Shown here piece after piece: positions 19,444 through 29,403 of a stretch of 64,000 nucleotides of DNA; the stretch's first letter is position 1; every line of letters begins with the position of its first letter. The notes below the pieces were generated by a model that did not search any database, had not been told where the DNA came from, and was given only the letters and a program-made list of their open reading frames with translations. Origin of the DNA: a virus; the IMG/VR virus record IMGVR_UViG_3300033145_001047, positions 22,168 to 86,167 of that record; one strand, given 5' to 3'. The translations under genes were made by a program, and so were the position numbers.

Positions 19444-20143
19444 GGTCGGTCTCCTCCGTCGTGCGGTCTTCGATAAGTATGAACGGAACTTTCCATACCC
19501 ACGGGTTCAGCTTCGAGGGGAGCTTTTTCCCGTTAATGATGTCCCACAATTCCATGAAAGCGGTGATAGGATACGGAGTCATTTTGTCTGACCGAGACGA
19601 CGGAGCATACCAGTCCTTCGTGCCGTCCCATTCTTTGTACAGGCCCTCGGCTCTCGCGCCTTCATCCGTGATCTCCTGCAGCCGCTCCAGGTCGACGACA
19701 CCGTTCTCCAGCATGAGCCGACGACACCAGCGAGGCATGTGGATTGACGGCTTGTATCCCTTGTCCTCGAACGGGTTCCCCGGATACTTGTACTCCGGCG
19801 TACATCCCACCACCTGGGGTTCGATCTTCGGCCACCCCATCCGTCCTCCGGCCTGGTATTCAACGAAGTCCTTGCCGTCTTCCCGTTCCCAAAATGTCCA
19901 GTTCTCTCTGATTCGGAGCCAATCTCCGCGCTCACCGTATGGACACTTGACCTCGGCCAGGATGTCTTCCTTCGTCCAGTCGTCCGGGCGCTCGTTATAT
20001 TTCTTGAGCCCCCTCGTCCGCCTGGTCTCCGTCTTCTCCCGGCGACGTATCGCACCGACTAGGTCGGGCTTGAACAGGATATCCTTCACCCGGCCCTGTC
20101 CGCCCATGACGTCGATCATAGTCTTGTCGAGCTGCTTGACCAT
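19433..20143 (-). CDS. ASCH/PUA-fold phage protein
   Basis: ILFKPDLVGAI...KTETRR, CPYG..GD.L.IRE, PSIHMPRW, ERLQEIT...A.AEG, NPWVW. Confidence 0.8.
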   Translation of the reverse strand: MVKQLDKTMIDVMGGQGRVKDILFKPDLVGAIRRREKTETRRTRGLKKYNERPDDWTKEDILAEVKCPYGERGDWLRIRENWTFWEREDGKDFVEYQAGGRMGWPKIEPQVVGCTPEYKYPGNPFEDKGYKPSIHMPRWCRRLMLENGVVDLERLQEITDEGARAEGLYKEWDGTKDWYAPSSRSDKMTPYPITAFMELWDIINGKKLPSKLNPWVWKVPFILIEDRTTEETDHER

Positions 20144-20959
20144 ATCAGCCTCCGGTCTTCTCCGCTTTTTCCTCGTCATGGTTCTTGTGATTCTGGTAGC
20201 ACGTGTTGCATATGTTGGTCTTCCCACAGTGACAGTCGTGCCCGTCGTAGTAGTTCTCGTACTTCTTCCCGCAGTCGGGACACTGGAACGAGCCGTCCCT
20301 CTTCTTCGCTCCGTGTATGACCGCCGTCTCGTATCCCTCCTCGGGGCCGCCGCACTCAGCGCAGGTTACGACATCGTCCGCCCAGGCGTGTCGCTCCTCT
20401 CCCTCGACGACATGCTTCCCGCATCCCTCACACACGGCCTCGACCAGCTTGCCGTCTATGGCCGTGATCTTGTACCCTGGGTGGAGTCGGTTGAACTCCT
20501 CGACGCTCTCGAACTCGCCGTCGATTTCCTGTCTCGCCTCTGCTTCGATTCTCACGCTATCCCCCTTTGATTCCGATGGTCGCCGCCGGGTAGTTCTTTC
20601 GTGTCTCTTCCTCAGCACTTTCCCAACAGCTCGGACACAGCGTCGCGTATCCGTGGGCCTCCTCGAACGCTATGCCGCAAGCGAGACACCGACGCCCGTT
20701 CTGCATGTCGGCATCCAGCTCGGAGAGTCTCTTGTCCTTGAGTCGTTGCTCGGACTCGCGGACCTTCTTCCGTATGTTCTGCAGCGCCTTCAACGCCCCG
20801 GTCACGATGTCCTTCTTGAACTCGGGGAACTTCTTAATGATGTCGCGGACGTGCATGTCTGCTTCCGTCGCCGCCTTGTCGAAGTCGTTCGACCGGGCCA
20901 GCTCCGCGAAGTACACGGCCTTCACCGACTCCCGGACCTTCTTCCCGGCCCGTCGTCCC

Positions 20960-21919
20960 TCAGCTCGTCGCTGCTTCCTGCTCTTGAACTGCAGTTTCAC
21001 CACCCTGCTCCTCCTCTTTCTTCTCAAGTGCTTCCTCGATTTCCTTCGCCAGCCGTCGGGCGCTATGAAGGTCGTCGACCGCTCTCGCTCTCGCCACGAC
21101 GTCTTGCAGCCTGGACCGCAAGGACCCTATCTTCGAGAGCAACCATGTCCTGTCTGCCGGGCTCACTGGGTCGTTCGTCCGCAGCAGCTCGGACTTCCGG
21201 AAGGCTTCGCGCAATGTCTCCAGGTGTTCCTCCCTCCGCTCCGTGCACTCCTCCAGACTCCCCGCCGAGACTCCACGGAAGTCGGGCTTGTTCTTGTTCC
21301 CGGTCCAGGCGTATTTCCCGTTCATCTTGAGGTATTCGAGGCCGCTGTGAGTGGGGACGCTCCACCGCTTGCCGAGCGTGTTGTCGTTCAGTGTCTTGTC
21401 CTCGACCTGGACGTACCCGAACTCCTGAGCGGCCTCGCCGACAAGCTGGTAGAGTCTCGGCGTGTACTCGAACAGGGGCTTGACTCCTTTCCCGGCCATG
21501 CGGAAGGACTTGATAGATGGGAACGGACTCTCCGGAAACAGCTCCAGCTCGATCTCGTATGCCTCGCGCTCTTCGTAGTCCTCGTTCACTTCTTTCCACT
21601 GTTCGATGAATTTCCGGTACTCGAACTCCTTGTCCAGGTCGTCCCACTTGTACCCGTACTCGCCGGGCTTGACTCCCTCTGTCAGTTTCGCCTTGAGCGT
21701 CTCGTACTGCTCGACGGTCAGGACCACGTCGACCTCGGGGTCGTGGTAGCTGACCAGCCGCTTCTTGAACCATACCCCGACGATCATCTTCGGCTCCTCG
21801 CACAGGCACAACTTGCCAGGGCTGTATCTCTTGCCGTCGATCTCCCACGTGTCCGGTCGACTCGGAAGAGTCACCAGGTACGTCTCCCCTATCTGCTTCA
21901 CCGTCAGCCTGTCAGACAT
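20960..21919 (-). CDS. Hypothetical protein
   Basis: About 320 aa with genome-typical codon usage; start inferred from RBS. Confidence 0.7.
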   Translation of the reverse strand: MSDRLTVKQIGETYLVTLPSRPDTWEIDGKRYSPGKLCLCEEPKMIVGVWFKKRLVSYHDPEVDVVLTVEQYETLKAKLTEGVKPGEYGYKWDDLDKEFEYRKFIEQWKEVNEDYEEREAYEIELELFPESPFPSIKSFRMAGKGVKPLFEYTPRLYQLVGEAAQEFGYVQVEDKTLNDNTLGKRWSVPTHSGLEYLKMNGKYAWTGNKNKPDFRGVSAGSLEECTERREEHLETLREAFRKSELLRTNDPVSPADRTWLLSKIGSLRSRLQDVVARARAVDDLHSARRLAKEIEEALEKKEEEQGGETAVQEQEAATS

Positions 21920-22882
21920 CGGCATCCCCTCCCAGTTCTTCCTTGAGTTCCTCGACCTCGCCTTCCAGCTCGACCACCTTTTCCTGCAGGTCGTCGATTT
22001 CCTCGGCCTTCTCGTCGATGTCCTCGCGCTTCTCACAGCATGGACACTCCGAGTCGGCGTAGAGGATGTCGCACTCACTGCAATGAGTGTACGTCTCGCC
22101 TATGGACATGCTTTCCTCCTTAATGGGAAACGTATGTACTCAACAACTTCATCTCTACCAAACCCGCCGCGCTCCCCTACGGTGTCGAGACTCTGTCTAT
22201 GTCCGTAACGGTTAGCGTATCCCTCGTACACGATCTCCGCAAGCCACACAGGTATAGTGCTCGGGTCGTGTGCTACGTCACCCTGTACCGGGAACGGCTT
22301 GCAGTCAGCGCCACGTTCACTCATGGTGTGGCCTTCTTCACTTTGATAGGCACCAATGGGACCCGCCACCGCATCAGCCTCTTGCTCTTCTTCCGCATCT
22401 GATACCGGAGCCCAAAGAATCCCTTCATCCACTGAAAATCAGAAGAGGCCACGACGATAGGGTGGGCGACACCATCAGGAGCATAACCATAAATATAATA
22501 CAGACCGTCCGAGTGGCGGTATATCCAGACGTCATTTTTTTTCATCTGTTTATTCATTCTACCTTCTCCCGTGAGGCTTCCGACGCCCTCATTCGGTACA
22601 CATCCTTCCCGTTAATCTCAATGTCCACCACGCCCGACGGAATGCTGACGTGTCCAGCGAAGATGTACACCGCGCCTCCCTCGGACTTCACGATTGTCTT
22701 GGGAAAGTCGCTCCAGCCGCCCTTCATGTATTCGTGAGATTCGACCGTGATCGTCGTCACATACTCCCAGGTATTCTTTCTCCGATACTCCCGCCTCTCG
22801 GTCGAAACAACAACCGCGACGAGAAGGCTAATGACAACAACGATAAGGACAATAACGAATGCGACCTTCATGTTCTCTTTCG

Positions 22883-23284
22883 TCATGGCTTTCTCCCGTC
22901 CTTGTGAATCCTGTGAGCGACGAACTTCGTCCGCCAGTCCTGGAACGCCATACCCCATACCTCCGCGCACAACATCTTGAGACCCTTCGCCGTGAGTGGG
23001 TTCGGGTCCATGCGGTAGGCCATGATGAACGAGTCGTCCAGGGTGCAGCTCCATTCCTTCATGAGTTCCTTGATTCGTATGGCGTTCGCGCCGAGGGCTA
23101 TCCCTTCGAGCACGATGGTCCAGCCGTTCTCCCGGTTGCTCAGGTCGACCGGCCACACGTGGACGACGAAGGTGCTCTCCCTCTCGGGCTCGAACTTCTT
23201 CCATATCATGTCGCCGTTGGTGTGCAGGTAGTACCAGCCGTCCCGCGCAAACATTCCACGAGCAGCATCGACAAGGCTCGGCAT
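22883..23284 (-). CDS. Hypothetical protein
   Basis: 133 aa coupled ORF (GWYYLHTNGD). Confidence 0.65.
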   Translation of the reverse strand: MPSLVDAARGMFARDGWYYLHTNGDMIWKKFEPERESTFVVHVWPVDLSNRENGWTIVLEGIALGANAIRIKELMKEWSCTLDDSFIMAYRMDPNPLTAKGLKMLCAEVWGMAFQDWRTKFVAHRIHKDGRKP

Positions 23285-23510
23285 TATTCCTCCCCCATCC
23301 TGTGGACTGCTCCGGTGTGAGGCCAGTCGACCTTGTGGAAGTATGGCCGCTTCGTGGGACAGTTTCCTCGTTCTACCTGGAGGTCATAACAGCGTCGAGC
23401 TGCTATCTCGTCGTCGAAGAACTCGCGCCCAGTACCGACCCAGGTCGAGCTGTCGCTGACGATGTTATAGAGGACTGTCCACTTCGGGGTCTTCATTTTC
23501 TACCTCTCGG

Positions 23511-23762
23511 TCAGTGTTCGTCCGCTTCTTCCGGCTCCTCGCCGGGCTCCCGCTCCACGGACTTCGTCTTCCGTCGCTCTTCCATCTCGACGTATATCAT
23601 GTGCTTGCACGGTCGATTCCCGAACTCCCACGCCTTGCAGCTACACGTTCCCTCGGCCAGGTCGATCACGTACGCCTCCTCGATGTGGCTGAAACTCTTG
23701 ACATGGAATTTTCCATCCTCGGATTGTGTGTAGTCGGCGCGGTTCGGTTCTAACGGGCTCAT
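23511..23762 (-). CDS. SWIM zinc-finger protein
   Basis: TCSCKAWEFGNRPCKH (CxC...CxH). Confidence 0.8.
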   Translation of the reverse strand: MSPLEPNRADYTQSEDGKFHVKSFSHIEEAYVIDLAEGTCSCKAWEFGNRPCKHMIYVEMEERRKTKSVEREPGEEPEEADEH

Positions 23763-23803
23763 GGTTCCCCCTTTTTTTCTAGCCTCTTCGGGCTGTATTC
23801 TAC

Positions 23804-24649
23804 CTACTCTAGTATATCCTTTGTTTCGCCTTTGTCAAGGCTTTTTTCTGTATCTTCTTCCTCGGGCTCCGGAAGGGGCTCGGACGCCTCCAGCAGCTCC
23901 TCATACCGGCGCTTCGCCATGTTCTGGTCTGGCATCTCATGATATACTTCCCCGGCCAGCTTATTTCCACCCCATTCTCCGTCGATCTTCTTGTATCCGC
24001 CTATCTGTTTGAAAAAGAATGGGACCCCCGCCGTTCGGCACTCGTCCCTGACCTTGAGAGCCCACCACTCGTCCATCTTCCGGGCATGGGGACCTGATTC
24101 GCCTCCTACAATTACAAGGTCGAGGAGAGTCAGCATGTTGTCCGGCATGACGACGCCCTTCCGGTGGAAGGTGATGGGTCCGAGCATGGGTTCAATGCTG
24201 ACGAACTTGACGACCGCCGGGACCGCCGCGAATATTCTCATCCTCGCGTCAAGGTTCACCTGGTCCTCCGCGCTGATTCCGAGCCAGACGTTCGGCAGCG
24301 GCCAGTCCTCGGGAAGCCGCCCCGCAATGTTCTCCGGTCGTTTCGTCAATATCTGGTAAGTTAGGTTCGGCGTCTGTCGGATTATCGCCCAGGCGTCGTC
24401 CCTCCACTTGTCAGCTTCTTCGATAAACCAATCTGACCACGGACACACGAAGACCATCATCTGCTCTTTCCATCCAAGCGGAGCACAGAAGGTCTTATCC
24501 GCAGCACGGACCACGACGTCCGGGTCCCTTCCATAGCGTTTCTGGTCTCTGAAAGCATAGCAGTTTTTGCATCCGCTTGAGACTTTTGAGCACCCCCTCC
24601 AAGCCCCCCAGGAAGCATCCGTCCATGCCACACCAGATTTTATCCCCAT
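23804..24649 (-). CDS. Gp37/Gp68 (DUF5131) family radical-SAM-like protein
   Basis: WTDASW...GCSKVSSGCKNCYA, YQILTKRPE, NVWLGIS, FVSIEPMLG, VIVGGESG, FFFKQ. Confidence 0.9.
   Translation of the reverse strand: MGIKSGVAWTDASWGAWRGCSKVSSGCKNCYAFRDQKRYGRDPDVVVRAADKTFCAPLGWKEQMMVFVCPWSDWFIEEADKWRDDAWAIIRQTPNLTYQILTKRPENIAGRLPEDWPLPNVWLGISAEDQVNLDARMRIFAAVPAVVKFVSIEPMLGPITFHRKGVVMPDNMLTLLDLVIVGGESGPHARKMDEWWALKVRDECRTAGVPFFFKQIGGYKKIDGEWGGNKLAGEVYHEMPDQNMAKRRYEELLEASEPLPEPEEEDTEKSLDKGETKDILE
23811..23838 (-). promoter_or_regulatory. Sigma70-type promoter
   Basis: TTGACA-N16-TATACT upstream of the SWIM gene. Confidence 0.7.
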
Positions 24650-24666
24650 GAGTCGTCCTCCATTCG

Positions 24667-25179
24667 TCAGCCCGACGTCTTGTTCAGATGAGGGAACTCC
24701 ACGTCCGGGGAAGGCGCACCCAGGAACGGGCACAGCCGCTCCCACCCTTCGCCGCCGCATACGTCCATCACCAGAAAATCTTCGTGTCTGTTCTGGAAGT
24801 GTTCCAGCACTTCGTCCTGGTGCTGCAGGAACACGCGACGGAACACGTCGCGGTCGAACTCCAGCATCCCGAACAGGTCCATCCTGTAGTCGTCCCAGTT
24901 CTGTCCGGGAAGTCCAGCCCGTTTCTCCCAGTGCCGCTTGCACGACAGCAGCCAGGCATTCATCTCTCGCGGCGTGTATATGAACTTCGAGCCGGGATAC
25001 TGGACGTCAAGTTCCTTGTACCGTATGGATATCGGGAGGTCGTTGCAGAAGTCCCACTGGTCCAGCTTCGCGTACTCGTACTCAGCCAGGTAGTGCTTCC
25101 CACTGTACCCGAGCATCTCGAACGCCGTGCACAGCGACCGCGTCCCCGTCTTGCTGAGTCCTATCCCGAAGTATTTCAT
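24667..25179 (-). CDS. Sulfotransferase-family (P-loop) protein
   Basis: FGIGLSKTGTRSL PAPS-binding loop, YPGSKFI, W..S, GWERLCPFLG and FPHLN. Confidence 0.85.
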   Translation of the reverse strand: MKYFGIGLSKTGTRSLCTAFEMLGYSGKHYLAEYEYAKLDQWDFCNDLPISIRYKELDVQYPGSKFIYTPREMNAWLLSCKRHWEKRAGLPGQNWDDYRMDLFGMLEFDRDVFRRVFLQHQDEVLEHFQNRHEDFLVMDVCGGEGWERLCPFLGAPSPDVEFPHLNKTSG

Positions 25180-25449
25180 TTATGCGCGTCTTGCTTGTGG
25201 ATTGTCTCTTGAAACCGTTTCATCTGTTCCTCCAAGAAATCAGCTATGACCTTCTTCGTTTTGTCCTTTAGACCAGCAATTACGTCGTCAGGTATTGCTC
25301 TGAAAAATCCAGCCGTATTATTGATTCCAATAAGCACCATTTCTTCGCGCTCTGTATCTTGACGTATCGCCCGAGTGATGTCGTCAAGGCTTACCTCGAT
25401 TTCAACCTCGACCTCCTTTGATACATCAACCCATTTCGTGACTATCATT

Positions 25450-25809
25450 CTATCGACGTTCCCCGAAGGTCTCTATCACCTTCTTACATTCCGCCTCGTT
25501 CAACATCCCGATGTGCGCTTCCTCAATCGGCACGTGCAGAACATTCGCCAGCTTCGCGTAGCACTGGTCCCTCGACATCTTCGCGTTCCTCCACCACCAG
25601 TCCATTGCAGTGTGTGCTTCCTTCCGCAGCGTACGGAGTTCGGCGTTCGCCAGGGTCCCGAGGGGTCTCGTCGTTCCCTTGTGGACACCGACGTAGGTAT
25701 CACAGGCCGGATAGTTCTCGCACAGATAGACCGACCCGTACGATCTCCCTCCATATATCACGGCGCTGTCACTGAGCGACGCCTCGCCTCCGCAGTAGGG
25801 ACACTTCAT
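25450..25809 (-). CDS. DUF3268-type zinc-finger protein
   Basis: CPYCG...C....CDTYVGVH.GT..PLGTLAN.ELR...H...HIG. Confidence 0.85.
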   Translation of the reverse strand: MKCPYCGGEASLSDSAVIYGGRSYGSVYLCENYPACDTYVGVHKGTTRPLGTLANAELRTLRKEAHTAMDWWWRNAKMSRDQCYAKLANVLHVPIEEAHIGMLNEAECKKVIETFGERR

Positions 25810-26269
25810 CGTTCCGTATCCTCGTAGACCACGACCTTCTTCTTCATGCCGAGCAGTCGTGGAACTTGTGACAGCAACCGCAGTACAGGTGATTGACGTC
25901 GTTCTCGTTGTGACTCGTCATGCCGCACACCAGACACGTTATCGTCGGCCTCCCATCGACGCTCGATATCCGGTACGTCGGGCTCTGTCCAGTTAATGTT
26001 TCGTCGCGCTTCGAGCCACTCGTTGACCTTCCGAACAATGACAGTAAACTCTGCATAACATTCATCACATACCTTTCCATCACGTACCCTCGAACCGTTC
26101 GGGACGAACGACGCCTCCACATCTCTCCCATGCCCCCACCCTCCGAGGGCTCCGTACATTTCCAGCTTGATCTCGGACGCTCTACGGACTGGGGTCTTGG
26201 CGTAGTTGTGACCGTATCCTTTTGACAGCGGTTTCCCGCACAGGTCACAGCACTGTATCGTGAACGTGC

Positions 26270-26779
26270 TCACTTCTTCCCCTCCCCCTTCTTCTTCCCT
26301 CGTGCTCTCCGGATGGAGTTCATGAGCCTGACCTTGCTCCTCCACTGCAGGGCCATTATGAACGCCTCGGCCTCGTGGTCGTTCAGGTGCACACCGCACT
26401 CCGAGAACGCCCACGTCTGTATCGTCCGCTTCGGCTTGTTCCCCTTCCAGTCGTCGACGCGGACGAACTCGACGGGGAAACCCTGGGCGAGGATTCCGAC
26501 TATCGCGCCCATCGACATCTCAAGCATTTGAATCGGTCCCACGTTCAAGAGTCCTTTCTTCCCTTTTCTCATAAACGTCCCAGGCTGTTCGACGATAACC
26601 TGACCGATGTCATGGTCCTCGACCAGGTACTTCGAGAAGTGCTCCGTGATCTCGGCGAGTCGTATCGGCATCTCCACCTTCGGGCTCGTTCGGAACGTAT
26701 ACGACCATTCGTAGTATCGTTCGTTCACTAACGCGACTCCGATATTCCCTATACTGGGGTCGACGGAGAGGACCCTCAC
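26270..26779 (-). CDS. RuvC-like Holliday junction resolvase
   Basis: VLSVDPS..NIGVAL, VIVEQ, WKG..PK and NDHEAEA. Confidence 0.85.
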   Translation of the reverse strand: MRVLSVDPSIGNIGVALVNERYYEWSYTFRTSPKVEMPIRLAEITEHFSKYLVEDHDIGQVIVEQPGTFMRKGKKGLLNVGPIQMLEMSMGAIVGILAQGFPVEFVRVDDWKGNKPKRTIQTWAFSECGVHLNDHEAEAFIMALQWRSKVRLMNSIRRARGKKKGEGKK

Positions 26780-27060
26780 GACTTCTTCGTCGTCTTCTTC
26801 TTCGCCAGACCTCTCGTCCGCTTCTTCTTCTCGGTCCCGTTCACGACCTCGAAGATGTCGTCGAACTCACACTCCAGGGCTTCGAGCAGCTTCCTCCGAA
26901 CCTGGGGTCCCGGCTTGAACTTGTCCCACTTGCTATTCTTCACGTTCGACAGATACGTGTCGGTGACGCCGACCATCTTGGCCAGCTCTTTCATCGACAG
27001 ACTCCGCCGGGCGACCAGCACGTCGAACGCCTTCTCCCGAATCCTAACCATTAGAGACAT
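26776..27060 (-). CDS. XRE/Cro-like HTH regulator
   Basis: LSMKELAKMVGVTDTYLSNV...PG...KLLEAL...DIFE. Confidence 0.85.
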   Translation of the reverse strand: MSLMVRIREKAFDVLVARRSLSMKELAKMVGVTDTYLSNVKNSKWDKFKPGPQVRRKLLEALECEFDDIFEVVNGTEKKKRTRGLAKKKTTKKS

Positions 27061-28237
27061 TCTTGACCTCCTTCGTCTCTTCCTTCTCCTCTTCCTTCTT
27101 CGGCTCTACATACTTCTTGTCGCCGAACTTTATACTGACCTTCCTCTTCCCCGTCTCCCTGAGCAGCTCGACCATCAGCGATTCGTTCTCCATCCGTTTC
27201 TTGACCGCACTGTTGTCGACCTTGAGACAGTCGTATATGTCTACGCCCAGTTCGTTCGCCTTCACGATGAACGCCTCCACGTCCTTGACCTCCCAGGAAT
27301 GGGAGACGGCGAAGTGCCACAACTGTCCGCCCGAGACGACGTTCCCGAACTTGTCGCAATAGTTCTTGAGGACGCTCTTCGCCACGGAGTTCAGCTTCTT
27401 GTACTTCAATACCTCCAGCGCCAGGGACGCCGCCTTGTCCTTCGTGTCCGGCATCTGGTACACGACATCCTCCGGCTTCATGGCCGGACACCATCTCCAG
27501 CAACCGCACCAGGTGCAAGCCTCTGAGATGGTCGGCTTGTACTTCGTTTCCTTCTCGATCTTCGAGGTTTTTGTCAGTACCTTCCTCTCGATCACAGGGA
27601 GGTCCTCCGCGTGTATCTCGAAGTACTTCTGGTAGTCGAACCGGACGAAGTCCATCTCTATCAGGAAGCGCGTCACCTGGGGGTATATCTTGTTCACCAG
27701 CCAGGCGTATATCTCGAACTGCAGCGGGTCGACGTCGGTCTTGTACCCGCTCTTGTAGTCCGTGATCTTCGCATAGTCCCCCCATATCTGCAGGTAGTCG
27801 AGGACGCCCCGGAACCATACGTCGTCGTCGGTCCACCCGCACTGGGTCCCGTCGCGCCGTATCGCTATCTCTTCCTCGACACCGACCGCGCTCCCCAGGT
27901 CGATCTCGTGGCCGGAGGCGTAGTCCTCCACCATCTTCATGACCTCGGGATAGAACTGGGTCGGGAGGCTTTCCTTCTCCAGCGCCAGGTATGCACACTC
28001 CTCCCACTTCGGGAAGTCCTGGGACACCGCGTTCTTCAAGCAGTGCCGCCAGTACAGACGAATCGCGTCATGCACCACGCGCCCCGCTATCAGAATCGGG
28101 TGGAGTTCCTGAGCCTTCCGGTCGATGCTCACACACTTGAACATGAACGGGCACTGCTCGTACTTCTGAATCTTCGAGAAGCTATGGGAGAGCGGTCGCT
28201 GTCCGACAGTCTCGTCCTTCGTCTTTTCTGCAGCCAC
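27044..28237 (-). CDS. PD-(D/E)xK RecB/Cas4-like exonuclease
   Basis: SFSKI..Y..CP, GRVVH, FRGVLD, ITDYKSG, Q..IY and CTWC..(C)..CP Fe-S-type cysteines. Confidence 0.9.
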   Translation of the reverse strand: MAAEKTKDETVGQRPLSHSFSKIQKYEQCPFMFKCVSIDRKAQELHPILIAGRVVHDAIRLYWRHCLKNAVSQDFPKWEECAYLALEKESLPTQFYPEVMKMVEDYASGHEIDLGSAVGVEEEIAIRRDGTQCGWTDDDVWFRGVLDYLQIWGDYAKITDYKSGYKTDVDPLQFEIYAWLVNKIYPQVTRFLIEMDFVRFDYQKYFEIHAEDLPVIERKVLTKTSKIEKETKYKPTISEACTWCGCWRWCPAMKPEDVVYQMPDTKDKAASLALEVLKYKKLNSVAKSVLKNYCDKFGNVVSGGQLWHFAVSHSWEVKDVEAFIVKANELGVDIYDCLKVDNSAVKKRMENESLMVELLRETGKRKVSIKFGDKKYVEPKKEEEKEETKEVKNVSNG

Positions 28238-28502
28238 TATTATCCTCCGTGTTCTCGAACATGTCGAGCTGCGTGGGTTCCTGTTCCACTAAGCGGAACA
28301 CCGATACCTTCCTGCTACTCTCCGTCATTCGCACCTTCGGCGCTTCGATGGTGTGACCGTGGAGCCTCGCCTGTCTCACCGCTTCCGGGACGTTCAGGAT
28401 GTTGGGATGCTTCTCCCTCAACTGTCGACCCGTCAATCCGGATGGATACTCTCGCAGCGTTCTCAGCACTTCCGTCCACTGCGGACTCTTTTTCCTCGGC
28501 AC
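28182..28502 (-). CDS. Small winged-HTH protein
   Basis: VLRTLRE...GLT...EAVRQARLHGHTI pattern. Confidence 0.5.
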   Translation of the reverse strand: MPRKKSPQWTEVLRTLREYPSGLTGRQLREKHPNILNVPEAVRQARLHGHTIEAPKVRMTESSRKVSVFRLVEQEPTQLDMFENTEDNSGCRKDEGRDCRTATALP

Positions 28503-28911
28503 TTAGTTCACCCCTTTCCTTTCTTTTCCACGCACTTCTTTCGTACACTTCCTTCCACTTCGGGTCCTCTGTGAGCCCGAATTTCGTACAGAAGTCCAGA
28601 AGCCCGATAACGTGAACCCCCTCCGGGCCGATATGGTGCGTCCAGCACAAACTATCGAGGTTTCCGGGTTCGTCGCTTCTGTTCTTTCTGACATCAATAT
28701 GATGGGGGGTCGGCATAGAAAGTTTCCCGCATACCCTGCATCTCGGATTCTCGTCATGATATTCAGCCTGGGCCTTCGTCCGTCGGTACGACTTCGATCT
28801 CAGCCGCGACTTCCCCTGCTTCAACGGTGACCGCTTGAGTTCCTTCGTCCCCCGTTTCAGCTCGGTCCTCTTGAGCTGCTTCGTCCCTCGTTTCAGCGGG
28901 GACCGTTTCAC
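28315..28911 (-). CDS. HNH-like zinc-binding protein (DUF968-like)
   Basis: KRxxLKR repeats, then CRVCG...PHHI...NLDSLCWTHH...GVH. Confidence 0.75.
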   Translation of the reverse strand: MKRSPLKRGTKQLKRTELKRGTKELKRSPLKQGKSRLRSKSYRRTKAQAEYHDENPRCRVCGKLSMPTPHHIDVRKNRSDEPGNLDSLCWTHHIGPEGVHVIGLLDFCTKFGLTEDPKWKEVYERSAWKRKERGELSAEEKESAVDGSAENAARVSIRIDGSTVEGEASQHPERPGSGETGEAPRSHHRSAEGANDGE

Positions 28912-28914
28912 TCG

Positions 28915-29403
28915 TTACCTCCAACATAGGAATGACTGTCCGACCTGCTCGATGGAGTGAAAGTATCCCTTGAGCATGTCATAGCTGAACACCACCCTCG
29001 GATTCTCCGCCGAGCCGTTCATGAAGGGCACCGTCACGACCAGGTTCGGTATCACCTTGAGCGTGTCGAGCAGTCCGTTCCAGTCCGCGTCCGGGTCAAG
29101 GACGTCGCATACGAGAGCCAGGTCGTACCCGGTCTCCAGGACCTCGTCCCAGTGCTTGTCTTCGTGTACGACGTGCACCTTGTCATAGATACACAGATGG
29201 TGCGGCATCAGCTTCGACTCCGCGAACGCTACGCCGTCGATGGTCGTCGCCCAGGTGCTCCGCCTGAGAGGATTCTCCTCCAGGAACTCGCGGAGCAGGA
29301 GCCCGTACCGTCCGAACTCCAGGCCGACATCGAGAGCCAGGGAGGGACACACCTGTAGCACCCTCCGCATGACAGCCTCAATCGTTTCCAGACTCTTCTT
29401 CAC
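28915..29403 (-). CDS. Divergent class I SAM-dependent methyltransferase-like protein
   Basis: ALDVGLEFGRYGLLLRE, IDGV, YDLALVCDVL and VVTVP. Confidence 0.6.
   Translation of the reverse strand: MKKSLETIEAVMRRVLQVCPSLALDVGLEFGRYGLLLREFLEENPLRRSTWATTIDGVAFAESKLMPHHLCIYDKVHVVHEDKHWDEVLETGYDLALVCDVLDPDADWNGLLDTLKVIPNLVVTVPFMNGSAENPRVVFSYDMLKGYFHSIEQVGQSFLCWR

Noticed and set aside
27044-28237. Cas4 as part of a CRISPR-Cas system
   Set aside because: No other cas genes or array; context with the annealing protein and RuvC fits a phage recombination exonuclease.
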